Assembly: GCA_951406725.2 (NCBI GenBank)
Contig: OX597836.1
Location: 49,414,001 to 49,478,000 of the forward strand
Direction: 5' to 3'
From: Octopus vulgaris
Lineage: Eukaryota
DNA: 64,000 bases
This document shows, piece by piece, positions 1-12,110 of this stretch. The position numbers and the translations under genes were made by a program. Below the pieces are notes generated by a model. That model did not search any database. It was not told the origin of the DNA and saw only the letters and a program-made list of their open reading frames with translations. Each line of letters starts with the position of its first letter. Within the stretch, counting starts at the first letter, position 1.

Positions 1-1504
1 GGAACTGGGTTGCGGGACGAGCGTGTCGGCATATGCGGACGATGTCACCGTCATAGTGTCGAGCAACAAACACATCCAGATGATAGGCGAGACACTAAGA
101 AAATACGAAACGGTGACGGGAGCGAAGATTAACCCGGAAAAGTCAGTGGGTTTGCTACTCGGCACCTGGAGAAGCAAGCCCATGCCGTCCGACTGCGGCT
201 CAGTAGTGGGACGCTGGACGGACAGACCGGTTAAATTGCTCGGGGTCTGGTTCAGTCCGGACCTCCAAATGGATAAGAACTGGAACCAGATCACGAGTAG
301 AGTGGTCGCTCTCAGCCAAACATGGGCCGAGAGAAAGCTGTCTCTAAAAGGCCGGGCGGAGGTGGCGAACGCGTACATCGCATCCGTCATCGATTACCGC
401 CTGACCGTCGTGCCTTGTCCCGACGCCACCATCACCAAACTAGAACGCATACTCTTCCGCTTCCTGTGGAAGGGTGGCGTTCCGATGGTGAGGAAGTCCA
501 TTTGCTGTCAACATCCGTTGAATGGAGGACTGGGAATGCCGTGGTTGATGATGCGCAGGCATGCGCTGAGACTGCGGCATCTCTGGAACTTCATCGACGA
601 CGGTGAACAGGTGTGGGCGCCGTTTGTGAGACGCGCCTTCCCGCAGCTCGTCTCACTGACCAAACTGCAAACGTGGATCAAAAAGAGACCGAAACTGGGC
701 GATTGGCACCGAGAGTGTCGCCAAACTCTACAGCAGCTCTGCCGACCGGGGTCAAACTTGTGCAACTTACAAACGACTAAAGCGTTCTATAGAGGACTAG
801 TGGAGGGGAGGTCCGACGACACACTCGGGGCAAACCTGGGCGTCGACGAGAAATTCCTAACCCGCCTGTTCAGGACGACGTTCGGGCCGGGGCCTATGGA
901 TAACTTCCAGAAATCCCTGGCTTGGCAGTGCTATCGAGACGCACTACCTGTTCGAGAGAAGAGCTACAGACACGGTTCGAAAACCATCACCAGACCGACC
1001 TGCCCGAGATGCGGCCAGAGCGACGAAACCGTTCTGCACGCACTCGTGCAGTGTCCAGATATTTCAGAGCTGTGGACCTTCGTCGAACAGCTGTTGTCAC
1101 GTGTAGGTCGGGCCCGCCTATCGGCCGAGTCTATCGTGAATATTGTTCCACCACCTTCCTTTAAACGGGAAGGGAAAACGGTTTTCGTTACGCTGATGGC
1201 TATGGCGAAAGAATGTGTGTGGTGGACGCGTTTGAAAGGACTGCAAACAAACACCTTCCTCTCTGGTCAGTCTCTCGTCAACTTTTTCAAGTACCACTTG
1301 AAAATGAGGATGAGAATAGAGAGGAAGGCTTTGTCGAACGAATGTTTCAATAAAAAGTGGGTAAAAGTGGCAAAAATGGTCAGTATGAAAGACGACACTA
1401 ACGAGAAGTAAGGCGACTTACTCATGTGTTCTTTTTCGAACTGTCTGAGGTGACCTTGGTCTTTTTTGTAGGTTTTTCTTTCCAAGGCTACACCTAAACT
1501 GTGA

Positions 1505-1535
<31 letters not shown>

Positions 1536-1686
1536 TGCTTTTTTATACACCACACAACCCACAGATCCCTATTGATCAAACGTGTTTTTTTTGTGCCCCA
1601 CCCATCCCACCTCGAAAAGAAAAAATTCTACATTGTATTTGGTCCATTTTTATTGTGTTTAGCCCTGTGTGGCTACAATAAAAAGT
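1..1686 (+). mobile_element. Tx1-like LINE copy 1 (ORF2 end plus 3'UTR) ending in a (TCTA)n tract
   Basis: ORF2, then a 3'UTR ending GCCCTGTGTGGCTACAATAAAAAG directly before (TCTA)n/(TCTG)n at 1687-1847. Confidence 0.9.
2..1411 (+). CDS. Tx1/L1-clade non-LTR retrotransposon ORF2, C-terminal part (RT palm/thumb plus zinc knuckle), 5' end outside window
   Basis: Frame open from base 2. YADD motif (SAYADDVTV), GAKINPEKS, LSLKGR, GGLGMP, and CCHC-type knuckle CPRCGQSDETVLHALVQCP, all typical of L1/Tx1 ORF2. Confidence 0.92.
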   Translation, partial: ELGCGTSVSAYADDVTVIVSSNKHIQMIGETLRKYETVTGAKINPEKSVGLLLGTWRSKPMPSDCGSVVGRWTDRPVKLLGVWFSPDLQMDKNWNQITSRVVALSQTWAERKLSLKGRAEVANAYIASVIDYRLTVVPCPDATITKLERILFRFLWKGGVPMVRKSICCQHPLNGGLGMPWLMMRRHALRLRHLWNFIDDGEQVWAPFVRRAFPQLVSLTKLQTWIKKRPKLGDWHRECRQTLQQLCRPGSNLCNLQTTKAFYRGLVEGRSDDTLGANLGVDEKFLTRLFRTTFGPGPMDNFQKSLAWQCYRDALPVREKSYRHGSKTITRPTCPRCGQSDETVLHALVQCPDISELWTFVEQLLSRVGRARLSAESIVNIVPPPSFKREGKTVFVTLMAMAKECVWWTRLKGLQTNTFLSGQSLVNFFKYHLKMRMRIERKALSNECFNKKWVKVAKMVSMKDDTNEK

Positions 1687-1722
1687 TATCTACCTCTCTG
1701 TCTGTCTATCTATCTATCTATG

Positions 1723-1848
<126 letters not shown>

Positions 1849-1961
1849 GTTGAAATTTATAGAGAAACAAAAGACAAAGACAGGTGTATGAACACCAAGC
1901 AGGTGTATTAGTTTGACGCTCAGGAAAGTGAATAAGTGTTTTACGTTTCGAACCTACGATC

Positions 1962-2292
1962 CTCATGCTGGCACTCCGTCGATTACGACGACGAGGGTTC
2001 CAATTGATCCGATCGACGGAATAGCCTGCTCGTGAAATAGACGTGCAAGTGGCTGAGCATTCCACAGATACGTGTACCCTTAACGTAGTTTTCAGGGAGA
2101 TTCAGTGTGACGCAGAATGTAATGAAGCTGGCCCTTTGAATTACAGGTAAAACTCATTTTTGCCAGGTGAGTGGACTGGAGCAAAGTGAAATAAAATGAC
2201 TGGCTCAAGGATACAACGCGTCGCCGGAAATCGAACTCACGACCCTACGAACGTAAGCCGAATGCCTCAAACCACTAAGCCACGCGCCTTCA
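1962..2292 (-). mobile_element. tRNA-derived SINE
   Basis: Minus-strand head GGCGCGTGGCTTAGTGG...GAGTTCGATTTCC has A and B boxes; related heads occur elsewhere in the window. Confidence 0.7.
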
Positions 2293-3012
2293 CACACATG
2301 CACACAACGTATTAATGCACTTACATAAAGACACACTCTTGAGCACCCCAGTTTAGTCGGTTCACTGTTAAATTCCCTTCCACTGGCCACTTCCTTCCGG
2401 TCACTTCAAGATATGGAACAATTAATTTCGATACCATTTTTTTTCCTCTCTCCATTTTTTCCGTCTCTTCTCTTTTTGATGAAGAGCATAGGTTCGAAAT
2501 GTCAAACACTTTTCCATTTCTCTTGAGCATCAAATCAATACAGCTGCGTGTTGTTCTTCATCTGTCTCTCTCTTTTGTTTTCTGTACTTATGAACCATAT
2601 ATATTTATTACTGCGAATGGTTTTGTTAAGCAGTGCCGAATTTCACAATTCTGTAAATGATAATAATAATAGTATTTTATAAGCTTAAAGCGATCACCGC
2701 GCAATGACTAAAGAAAATAGTCTAATAATGGGGCATATAAGCCTCCTCCCCCCCACACACACACGACAGAAAAAAGTGGGTTTTCCCGTACGCGTGGAGC
2801 TCGAACGCAAAGTTTTTTTTTTCAATATCTATTTTTGCTTGCAGTAGCCGGTTCTTTTGGTCAAACTATCGTATCTCCAGCTGCTTCAGATGCCAAGAAA
2901 ACAAAAATTGTCAAAGTGTAGTAGAACGGTTTTGCTATGGAATGGTGAAACTATTTTTTCGTTTTCTAAAAAAGCATCGTTTTGAACTTGCGACACTTTT
3001 GCATAATAGCAA

Positions 3013-3059
<47 letters not shown>

Positions 3060-3325
3060 CACGCAAACACACATACACACGCATTATATATATATATATA
3101 TATGTATATATTTATATATAAATCACAGTATATGTCTGTATAATGACTAACGCATACATTTCTACAATTCTCAACTGATTTTCACCAAACTTTGCGCACA
3201 CATTACTTATGTCCCGAGGAAGGTCATGCACTATAACATTTTCCCCAAAGCTCCCGCGTAAATGGACGTAAATAGACATATTTCTAACCATAGAAATCAA
3301 TCCAAAGGATAAAAATAATCGTTTC

Positions 3326-4200
3326 AAAACGAATCTACATGAGCCAGATGTAACTTTAAATAGTGAACTCCGCTCTCTGTACAGAAAGCCGAATGAATTG
3401 CTAAACTATATCAATAAAGTGTCTCACCATCCAAGATCTAAAATTAAATAATTTGTTAAGCATATATCCCTTAAATACATTAATGAATGAACAAAGTTAC
3501 TTGAACTATAATGAAACCGTGCGTAGAAATCGATTTTAGGATAAAACTTCGTATATTCCAGCATCTAATAGGGAAACGAGTCTAGGAATTTTGGTAGAGT
3601 CCTTCTTGTAATTCTGATGTTGCTACTCCTACTGCTGAGCTGTTCTTCCTTTAAGCATTCCCCTTCCTCCCCTCACACACGCGCACTCAAAACAAATACC
3701 ATAAAATATTTAATATAAATACTGTAAAACAATCTAGAACACCTTCATCTCATTTTGTGAAGATAAATTATAGAAGATTTTGTAGCAGTAATAATTGTAA
3801 CTGCATGAACCTTATTAACCGATCCCTTAACGCCAATTAATTAACTGTGGAAATTGTCAATAAATGTTTGATGAGAACAAATATTTTACTTAAGACATAT
3901 ATTGGTTTAAGCACAAATAAAGTCCGGAACTACCAGTATATATAAACCTTTAGGAATCACGAAATGCTACACCATTCTCTGGATATTTACGTAAGCTGAA
4001 AACCTGACCCGTCATCACGATTTGAAATAAAGTATTTTACTGGTTACAGAATAGATGGAGATTCTATTTACAAAGGTCTCGTTCATAAATAAGAATTCAG
4101 AGATCATTGTATGTGACCCTAAAAAATATAGGACAAATACATTTATTATTATCCACGGTAAGTTTATTACATCTACGTTTAATTGTTTGCTGCTTAAAGC
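3326..4200 (+). pseudogene. Decayed Penelope-like element (RT thumb, linker, GIY-YIG; Naiad-like motifs)
   Basis: Broken frames give YRKPNELLNYINKVSHHP (RT C-terminus), NKYHKIFNINTVK, CNC...PLN and TYIGLS (GIY-YIG); many stops and frameshifts. Confidence 0.7.
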
Positions 4201-4606
4201 GTCAAAATAATTACCCCGACTTCCTATTCTCACCGCTTCGGTTTTGTACTCTTAACACAAAAGTAAAATTTGTTTCAACAATAGCTGGGATGGTTCACTT
4301 TAATATCTTCTCTTTTTGGTTTTTCTTCTTTTTTTTTTTACATTTGGTTCTTCAAGTTCAACGGATAATTATGTCTAGTTTTACAGCAGGTTTATCGAAA
4401 TATTATTATTGCTATTGTTATTGTTGTTGTTGTTGTTGTTGTTATTACTACTATTATTAATAATGGGGGTTTAGGATACTGTTTCATTATATGTCACTCC
4501 AGTGGATCTTGATTCTCGCCACATAATTACAATATATATATATATGTGTATATATACGTATGTATGTATGTATGTATGTATGTATGTATGTATGTATGTA
4601 TGTATG

Positions 4607-4657
<51 letters not shown>

Positions 4658-4659
<2 letters not shown>

Positions 4660-5649
4660 GGTTTGTGTCTATGTTTTCGTTTCCCATTGTGTTCGACGTC
4701 CTTTTGGTGTCCTGTACTCATATATGCGTGTATATGTACATGTAGAGGTAGGTACGTACATATATGTTTATATATATGCATATGTTTTATTTTATTTATT
4801 AATATATTATATGACGAAACGCACGCACCCCTTTAAGTAAGATCGTTCTTTATATCAAGTTTTGTTCTTGATATTAACTCTGATGTGCACTCTTAACCTT
4901 TCTGTCCCATCCCTTTCTCAGCCTTTATTCTTTGATTTCCTTTTCCTCAACTTAACTTGTCTCTTCCTCTCTCTCATTCTTCACTCTCTCCCTTACTCCC
5001 TCTCCATTCTTCATGGTTTCCTCGCAGCCATTCCTCTTCTTCTCTCCCTTTCTCTTGCTCCTCCTCCCCCCTTCCCGTCGTTCACCCGCGACGAGACTTC
5101 CGCTGCTGTCTTTCTGGCCTGGCCCTCTCAAGGTAATGGATGACAATTCTTTTTGCTCCACTAGTCGTTCATAAAAAATTCCGCGTTCGCAATACTTTTT
5201 TCCGTTCGGCGTTAACAGCCCTTCTTATCTTGTTTTTCCTTGTCCTGTCTTTTACTGTTTATAATTTGTACTGTCGTTACTGTCCTGTTTTTGTTACCAT
5301 TTTTTTCCCCTCTGCGAAAAGATCTCAGAATTTTAATTGATTTGCTTTTCGCAGGAAGGAAAGTTTCTTGTCGAAGATACGTCTCGCTTTTATCCTTCGA
5401 AACGTAGAGTAGATGAAACCATAGCGACTGAAGAAGGGGTTTTTTCTTTGTGTTAATTGTCCTGTACTCTATTTTTTTGTTGTTTTTAAAAAATGTCCAG
5501 TTCCTTTGGTTTGTGTCTATGTTTTCGTTTCTCATTGTGTTCGACGTTCTTTTGGTGTCCTGTACTCATATATGCGTGTATATGTACATGTAGAGGTAGG
5601 TACGTACATATATGTTTATATATATGCATATGTTTTATTTTATTTATTA

Positions 5650-5660
<11 letters not shown>
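4658..5660 (+). repeat. Element bounded by ~150-bp direct repeats (4658-4806 and 5507-5655), pseudo-LTR-like, within (TA)n
   Basis: TTGGTTTGTGTCTATGTTTTCG...TTTATTAATATAT occurs twice with about 2 differences, flanking ~700 bp. Confidence 0.75.
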
Positions 5661-5712
<52 letters not shown>

Positions 5713-6107
5713 GTAGAACTTGGCTGCGTACTTAGACATATTTGAAGCTGTAAACTTTAATTATATGTGTATATATATATGTGTGTGTGCGAGGGTGTGT
5801 GCATGTGTATACATGTGTGTGCATATGTATGTTTATATATATATATGTGTGTGTGTATATGTACGTATATATATGTATATGTATGCATGTGTATGTTTAG
5901 AATTCACAAAAAACAAAAGACGAAGACAGGTGGTGTAGACAACAAATAGATGTATTAGTTTTTAACGCTCGGGAAGTGAAAAAGTCTTTAACGTTTCGAG
6001 CCTACGCTCCTTCACAGAGAGAAACAAGGAGATAAAATAAGGAATGTGTAGTGGCTAGCGATATGTATGTGTGTATGTAAGTATGTGTGTATGTATGTAT
6101 GTGTGAA

Positions 6108-6140
<33 letters not shown>

Positions 6141-6439
6141 ATGTATGTATGTATGTATGTATGTATGTATGTGCGCGTGTGTGTGTGTATTTCATTTTCC
6201 TTTACATTTTGGTTGGTATAAGTAATAACTGAATGGAACTCATCCTGGGACCATTTTAGTCTTCAGTAGTAACAAAGACGTTTTCGTACGAAAAAAATAT
6301 ACAATTCATTACTTCATTACGCGTGGACTGCTACAATACTATTACAATATTATCACAATACTATTGCATTCGTATTGCAATACTATTACAATACTATGAC
6401 CATACTATTACAATAGATTATGGGAGCATTGCGAACACA

Positions 6440-8282
6440 TTCTGCTGGACACTGCTTGTCACAACTGACGAGTTTGCAGAATGCAATCGGCAAGTGAATA
6501 CAATTTGGATGCTCGCTTTGCAATAAAGTTGTGTGTTTATTTGGGCAAAAACGCTACAGAAATGTATGAAAGACTCCTGTCGGCAGAAAAAAGTTTGAAG
6601 GACGGCAGGGTGGAGGTGAGAGACGGTGAGAAATGTGGGAGGGAGAGGGGCGCCAGTACATCGGAGCTGGTTGCGAAAATTCACAATTTTCTGGATGAAG
6701 ATCGTGGGTCCTGTAAAGACAATAAGCATAGTTTGGAGTTAGTGTAGCAGTTGTACACAGATTTATTCATGAAGATCAGAACAAGTGCAAAATTTGTTCT
6801 CAGGGTGCTCAGTGACGAACAGACGAAAAGACGGATTGGTAACGGCGAGGAGATGGTTGGGCTGCAATCCAAGAGTACTTGAGTCCCTGGTGACATGTGA
6901 CGAAAGTTGGATGTCCTGTTATGATCCAGAGACAGGGTGCCCAACGTAAGCATCCTGGCTCCAAGAAGGCCAAGGAAAGCAAGCCAACCTGGAAGCTCAG
7001 GATCATCCCCGTTTCTCGGCAGTATGAGCATCACCTACACCCACTGGCTTCCCTCTGGCCGTACGCTCAAGAAAGAGTAACTTATGAAGATTTTGAGGCA
7101 GTTCAGGGAGAGATTTTATTGTAAAAGACCAGACTTCTTGGGTCGACGACAACTGCCCCAGGGCAATGTACCAGTCCCGAATTCCATCCTGGTAACCAAC
7201 TACTTGACAGAGATGGGCATCAAAACTGCCCCTCATCTTCCCTACAATCCGGGCCTTCTTCCCTGTGACACTTGGTTGTTCTCCAGGCTGATGACGATGG
7301 CCTCAAGGGAAGTCGTTTTGAAGGTAGACGAACGCGAAGCTCTTTTGCTGAAGGACAAGAAGCCGAAGCCAAGAAGCCGAAGGAACATAAAGCCAAACGG
7401 ACAAGAGGCCGAAAAAACAGGAAAATTAAGATATATGGTTCCTACAATATGACTATTTGACAGACTAAAATGATGAAAAAATTGATACATAAACCACTTT
7501 TTAAATAGGTTTCTTTATTGGATTTACAGCGTAAAAATACTAAACTAATGTGGTCAGATGTTCATTTTAAAATTATTACGATTGACATATAAAAATGTAC
7601 AAGACAAAAATAAATAAAATTATTTAAAAATTGTGAGCCAAAGATCGTAGGAACACCGATCCTTCTTTATAATTAGAGCCACAAATGTTTTTTATTCTAT
7701 CGTTAATGGTACCATGTTCTGATAATGATATCATGTTCAGCCTTATGTCCGTTCGACATTGTGTCCGTTCGGCTTTACGTCCATTCGGCATCTTGTCCAT
7801 TCGACTTCATGTCCGTTCGACTTTATGTCCGTTCGGCATTGTGTCCATTCGACATTGTGTCCTTTCGGCTTTGTGTCCGTTCAGCATCTTGTCCATTCGA
7901 CTTCATGTCCGTTCGACTTTATCTCCGTTCGGCATTGTGTCCATTCGACATTGTGTCCTTTCGGCTTTGTGTCCGTTCAGCATCTTGTCCATTCGACTTC
8001 ATGTCCGTTCGGCATTGTATCCGTTCGGCTTCTAGGCTTCGATTTCTTGTCCTTCGGCATCCTGTCCGCGTACGCTTTTGAAGATGAAGGGAGCTATGAG
8101 AAGGGTCTTAGACACCTTCACTTCGGAGGACTTCCATGAGACCTTCACTTAGTGGATGGAAAGCTACAACAAATGCATTGAAGCCAAAGGATCCGACTTT
8201 AAAGGAGAATAGAGTTTTGCCCTTCTTTGAAATAAATGTCTTTCCAGAAAAAGTCTCAAAACTTCTGGAATGCACCTCGTAC
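6440..8282 (+). mobile_element. Decayed mariner transposon interrupted by a foldback-like insertion
   Basis: ARFAIKLCVYLGKNATEMYE (HTH), VTCDESW...YDPE, PHLPYNPGLLPCDTWLF (YSPDLAP-like). The coding remnant resumes at 8076; TIR-like end CTTCTGGAATGCACCTCGTA at ~8262-8281. Confidence 0.85.
7324..8075. mobile_element. Non-autonomous foldback/MULE-like element with 15-16-bp subterminal tandem repeats
   Basis: Left end (GGACAAGAAGCCGAAGCC...) is the reverse complement of the right end. TTCGGCATTGTGTCC-type units are tandem at ~7737-8067. TTTTGAAG is duplicated at 7316-7323 and 8076-8083. Confidence 0.7.
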
Positions 8283-8532
8283 GCTACTCTTACATAAACG
8301 AGTTGCTCTCTTTCTGCAGACATATAATAATAGCTGCAATGATTCATTTGAACAGTTTTTATCTGATGATACATCGTCAATAATAGTTTTTTTTATTATC
8401 GTTTCGCTCAGTCAACTTCAATTATTAAATTTTCTAAAAATGAAATGATTGAACTTCATACGAAAATATTCTAAAGTATGGCAGAATATATACGAAATAT
8501 TACTTATGTCATCACCAGGATATTTCATCATT

Positions 8533-8600
<68 letters not shown>

Positions 8601-9125
8601 GAATTAACATAATAAAAATAATAATAACAATATATATATATATATATGTAATAAATATCTTTATATATTTCTTTATATATACGCAGACATGTATATACAA
8701 ATATATATATATAATATTAGCAAACATTTATATAATAACCATAAAAATAATAATTTATAATAAAAATAATAATAATAGTTTACAAACGACGAAATATTTA
8801 TGTAATAATTATTTGTTTAAATATTTCATCTGTGACAATTTACAATATATAGACTCGTTGATGTATATAGACATTTTATTGATGTTGGTCTATACATTGA
8901 TGTTTCAATCTTCTTCAAATAAAACAGTTATTTTAAATAGTTATTATAAAATATTAAACAATATAATTAGCATATTTTTGAATAATGAATGTAATAATCA
9001 GTTTTGCTTTGGAACTTTTTAGAAACGGAGATATTTACGTCTAGAATAGCAGTAAATGAGATTCTGCAAATTCTTGTATTGGAGAAGAAACATTTTCTTA
9101 TTATATTAGATATTTTTCATTGTTT

Positions 9126-9238
<113 letters not shown>

Positions 9239-9243
9239 ATACT

Positions 9244-9295
<52 letters not shown>

Positions 9296-9300
9296 TAATT

Positions 9301-9354
<54 letters not shown>

Positions 9355-9359
9355 TAATT

Positions 9360-9397
<38 letters not shown>

Positions 9398-9420
9398 ATT
9401 AACACACACACACACACACA

Positions 9421-10640
9421 CACGAGGGAAAGTCAAACAATATCTGCACTTTCACCAGAACTTGGGGGGGGGGCTTGACCACAGTGCCTTCAACACTCGC
9501 GTGCTAAAAAGAGGTGCTCTTGTGATTACGTCACCAAGGTTTGACGTTGGTCGCTTCAGTTTTCTTTCTTGTGTCCCAGAGAAAACATGGCCACTCCACT
9601 GACAGCACGTATAAAGAAAGAACAGATGTCCTATTTCTCTGATCTGAAGGTGTGTCAGGGGGCAGCGCTCCACTGCAGAGAAGTGTGTGTGAGTGGATCG
9701 AGAAGTTTAAAACTGGCCGAACAAGCGTGAAGCACGCAGAGGGAGCAGGACGCCCATCAACCGCATAGGGAGCAGGATGCCCAACAACCGCAGAGGGGAC
9801 AGTACACCCATCAACCGCGGAGGGGGCAGGACGCCCATCAACCGTAGAGGGGGCAGGACGCCCAACAACCGCAGAGGGGGCAGGACGTCATCAACCGCAT
9901 AGGGAGCAGGACGCCCAACAACCGCATAGGGGGAAGGACGCCCATCAACCGCAGAGGGGGCAGGACGCCCAATAACCGCAGAGGGGGCAGGACGCCCAAC
10001 AACTGCGGAGGGGGCAGGACGCCCGTCAACCGCAGAGAGGGCAGGACGCCCAACAACCGCAGAGGGGGCCGGACACCCATCAACCGCAGAGGGGGCAGGA
10101 CGCCCATCAACCACAGAGGGGGTAGGACGCTCAACAACCGCAGAGGGGGCAGGACACCCATGAACCGCAGAGGGGGCAGGACGCCCATCAACCGTAGAGG
10201 GGGCAGGTCGCCCATCAATCGCAGAGGGGGAAGGACACCCATGAACCGCAGAGGGGGCAGGACACCCATCAACCGACGAGTGACCATCGATGTGGTGTAA
10301 ATTAGACATGGTTCTGCATATAAAATCACCACGACAAGCTTCCCTTACGTAAAGTCAGTGCGAGATGGGTGTTAAGAGAGCTTACCGAAGCGCAAAATTG
10401 CAATCGTTTGAAGATCTTCGACTCTTACTTGACCGCTACAACGATGAAGGCGAAGTTTTTTGGGAGAGAATAGTCACAGGAGATGAGACCTGAGTCCATC
10501 ACTTTGAGCCAGAATGTCAAAGGTAGAATACGGAGCGAAAAGACAGAATCGTCAGCGAAAAGAAATTCAAGACTCAACCTTCCACAGAAAAAAGTAATGC
10601 CTACCGTTTTCTGGGACGCAAAAGGGTGCATATTCCATAA
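9421..10640 (+). mobile_element. Decayed mariner transposon with internal 27-bp minisatellite
   Basis: TIR-like CACGAGGGAAAGTCAAAC; WIEKFKTGRTSV, SARWVLRELT (WVPHEL-like), IVTGDET, KVMPTVFWDAKG. Confidence 0.85.
9736..10275 (+). repeat. 27-bp minisatellite, about 20 units (GCAGAGGGGGCAGGACGCCCATCAACC)
   Basis: Tandem units read directly from the sequence. Confidence 0.95.
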
Positions 10641-10642
10641 AA

Positions 10643-10713
<71 letters not shown>

Positions 10714-10732
10714 CCCCATATATGCGTGTAGA

Positions 10733-10962
10733 GGACGGCGAGCTGGCAAAAACGTTAGCACGCCGGGCGAAATGCTTAGCGGTATTTCGCCTGTTGTTAC
10801 GTTCCGAGTTCAAATTCCGCTGAGGTCGACTTTGCCTTTCATCCTTTCGGGGTCGATAAATTAAGTACCAGTTACGCACTGGGGTCGATATAATCGACTT
10901 AATACCTATGTCTGTCCTTGTTTGTCCCCTCTATGTTTAGCCCCTTGTGGGCAATAAAGAAA
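10733..10962 (+). mobile_element. tRNA-derived SINE (GGCGAGCTGGCAGAAACGTTAGCA family)
   Basis: Head plus conserved GCCTTTCATCCTTTCGGGGTCGATAAATTAAGTACCAG core. Other copies at ~11167, 32995, 38270(-), 45740(-), 59875, 60990(-), 63850(-). Confidence 0.8.
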
Positions 10963-11052
10963 TATATATGCGTGTAGAGGAGCGCGTGCGTGTGTGCAGC
11001 TTGTGTGTGTATGTGCAGGCGTGTGTGTGTATGTGCAGGCGTGTGTGTGTAT

Positions 11053-11089
<37 letters not shown>

Positions 11090-11166
11090 TGTGTGTGTAA
11101 TCATGAATATTTCCAGAAAAGGTAAGACCACCAAATCCATTTTATGATATTTGGTTGACGAGAAAA

Positions 11167-11398
11167 AGGCGACGAGCTGCGGGAAACGTTAGCACGCTGG
11201 GCGAAATGCTTTGCGGTATTTCGTCTGCCGTTACGTTCTGAGTTCAAATTCCGCCGAGGTCGACTTTGCATTTCATCCTTTCGGGGTCGATTAAATAAGT
11301 ACCAGTTACGCACTGGAGTCGATATAATCGACTTAATCCGTTTGTCTGTCCTTGTTTGTCCTCTCTGTGTTTAGCCCCTTGAGGGTAGTAAAGAAATA
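11167..11398 (+). mobile_element. SINE copy with 21-bp target-site duplication
   Basis: GATATTTGGTTGACGAGAAAA at 11146-11166 and 11399-11419 flanks the SINE. Confidence 0.85.
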
Positions 11399-11744
11399 GA
11401 TATTTGGTTGACGAGAAAAGTTCTGATAAACACTTAATCGCTGGAATGTAGTCCTAACGTCGAGGGTTCGAATATAAAATGACACAATTTTACATTTAAA
11501 ATATATATTTCTTAAGATTTTATTGAGTTTTGACCCGCTGATGGATTGTTCCTGGAATTCTAATAGGTCCTACTTTGTCAAAATGATTCTTCTCGAGTAT
11601 TCTATTAAAGACACACATCGCTGCGGAATACTCCACCACTTACGCACAAATCTCATAAGAAATTTTGGTCGAGATCCGTTAAATTCATTTTCTGAAGGAA
11701 TTAGACGAAAGCGATTAACGTTGACCCAAATTGTTGCTTTTGTC

Positions 11745-12110
11745 GTCGTAAAATGGCTCAGTGTTTAGAGCGTCGAGCTCAGAGTCACGAGGTGGTGAGT
11801 TCGATTCCCGGACCGGGCTGTGTGCTGTTGTGTGCTGTATTCTTGAGCAAGACATTATTTCATGTTGCTCCAGTTCACTCATCTGTAGAGGTGAGTTGCG
11901 AAATCACTGGTGCCAAGCTGTACCAGTTTTTGCTTTTAACTTGGATAACATCGGTAGCATGGAGAGAGGAGGCTGGTATGCATGGGCGACCCCCCCCCCC
12001 ACTGGTCTTCCATGAACAACCTTGCCCGGACAACCTTGTAACTCGGAGGAGAACTTTCTAGGTGCAATCTCATAGCCGTTCAGGACCGAAGGGGGTCTTT
12101 GCCCCTTTGA
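11745..12110 (+). mobile_element. tRNA-derived SINE
   Basis: TGGCTCAGTGTTTAGAG (A box) and GAGTTCGATTCCC (B box), followed by TTCTTGAGCAAGACA. Confidence 0.7.

Noticed and set aside
7685-8139. Three overlapping repetitive ORFs
   Set aside because: They are translations of the 15-16-bp subterminal repeats.
8363-8410. CTGATGA as a hammerhead core
   Set aside because: No properly placed GAAA, stem II or stem III.
9707-10332. Minus-strand 200-aa and 164-aa repetitive proteins
   Set aside because: Antisense readings of the 27-bp minisatellite inside a plus-strand mariner.
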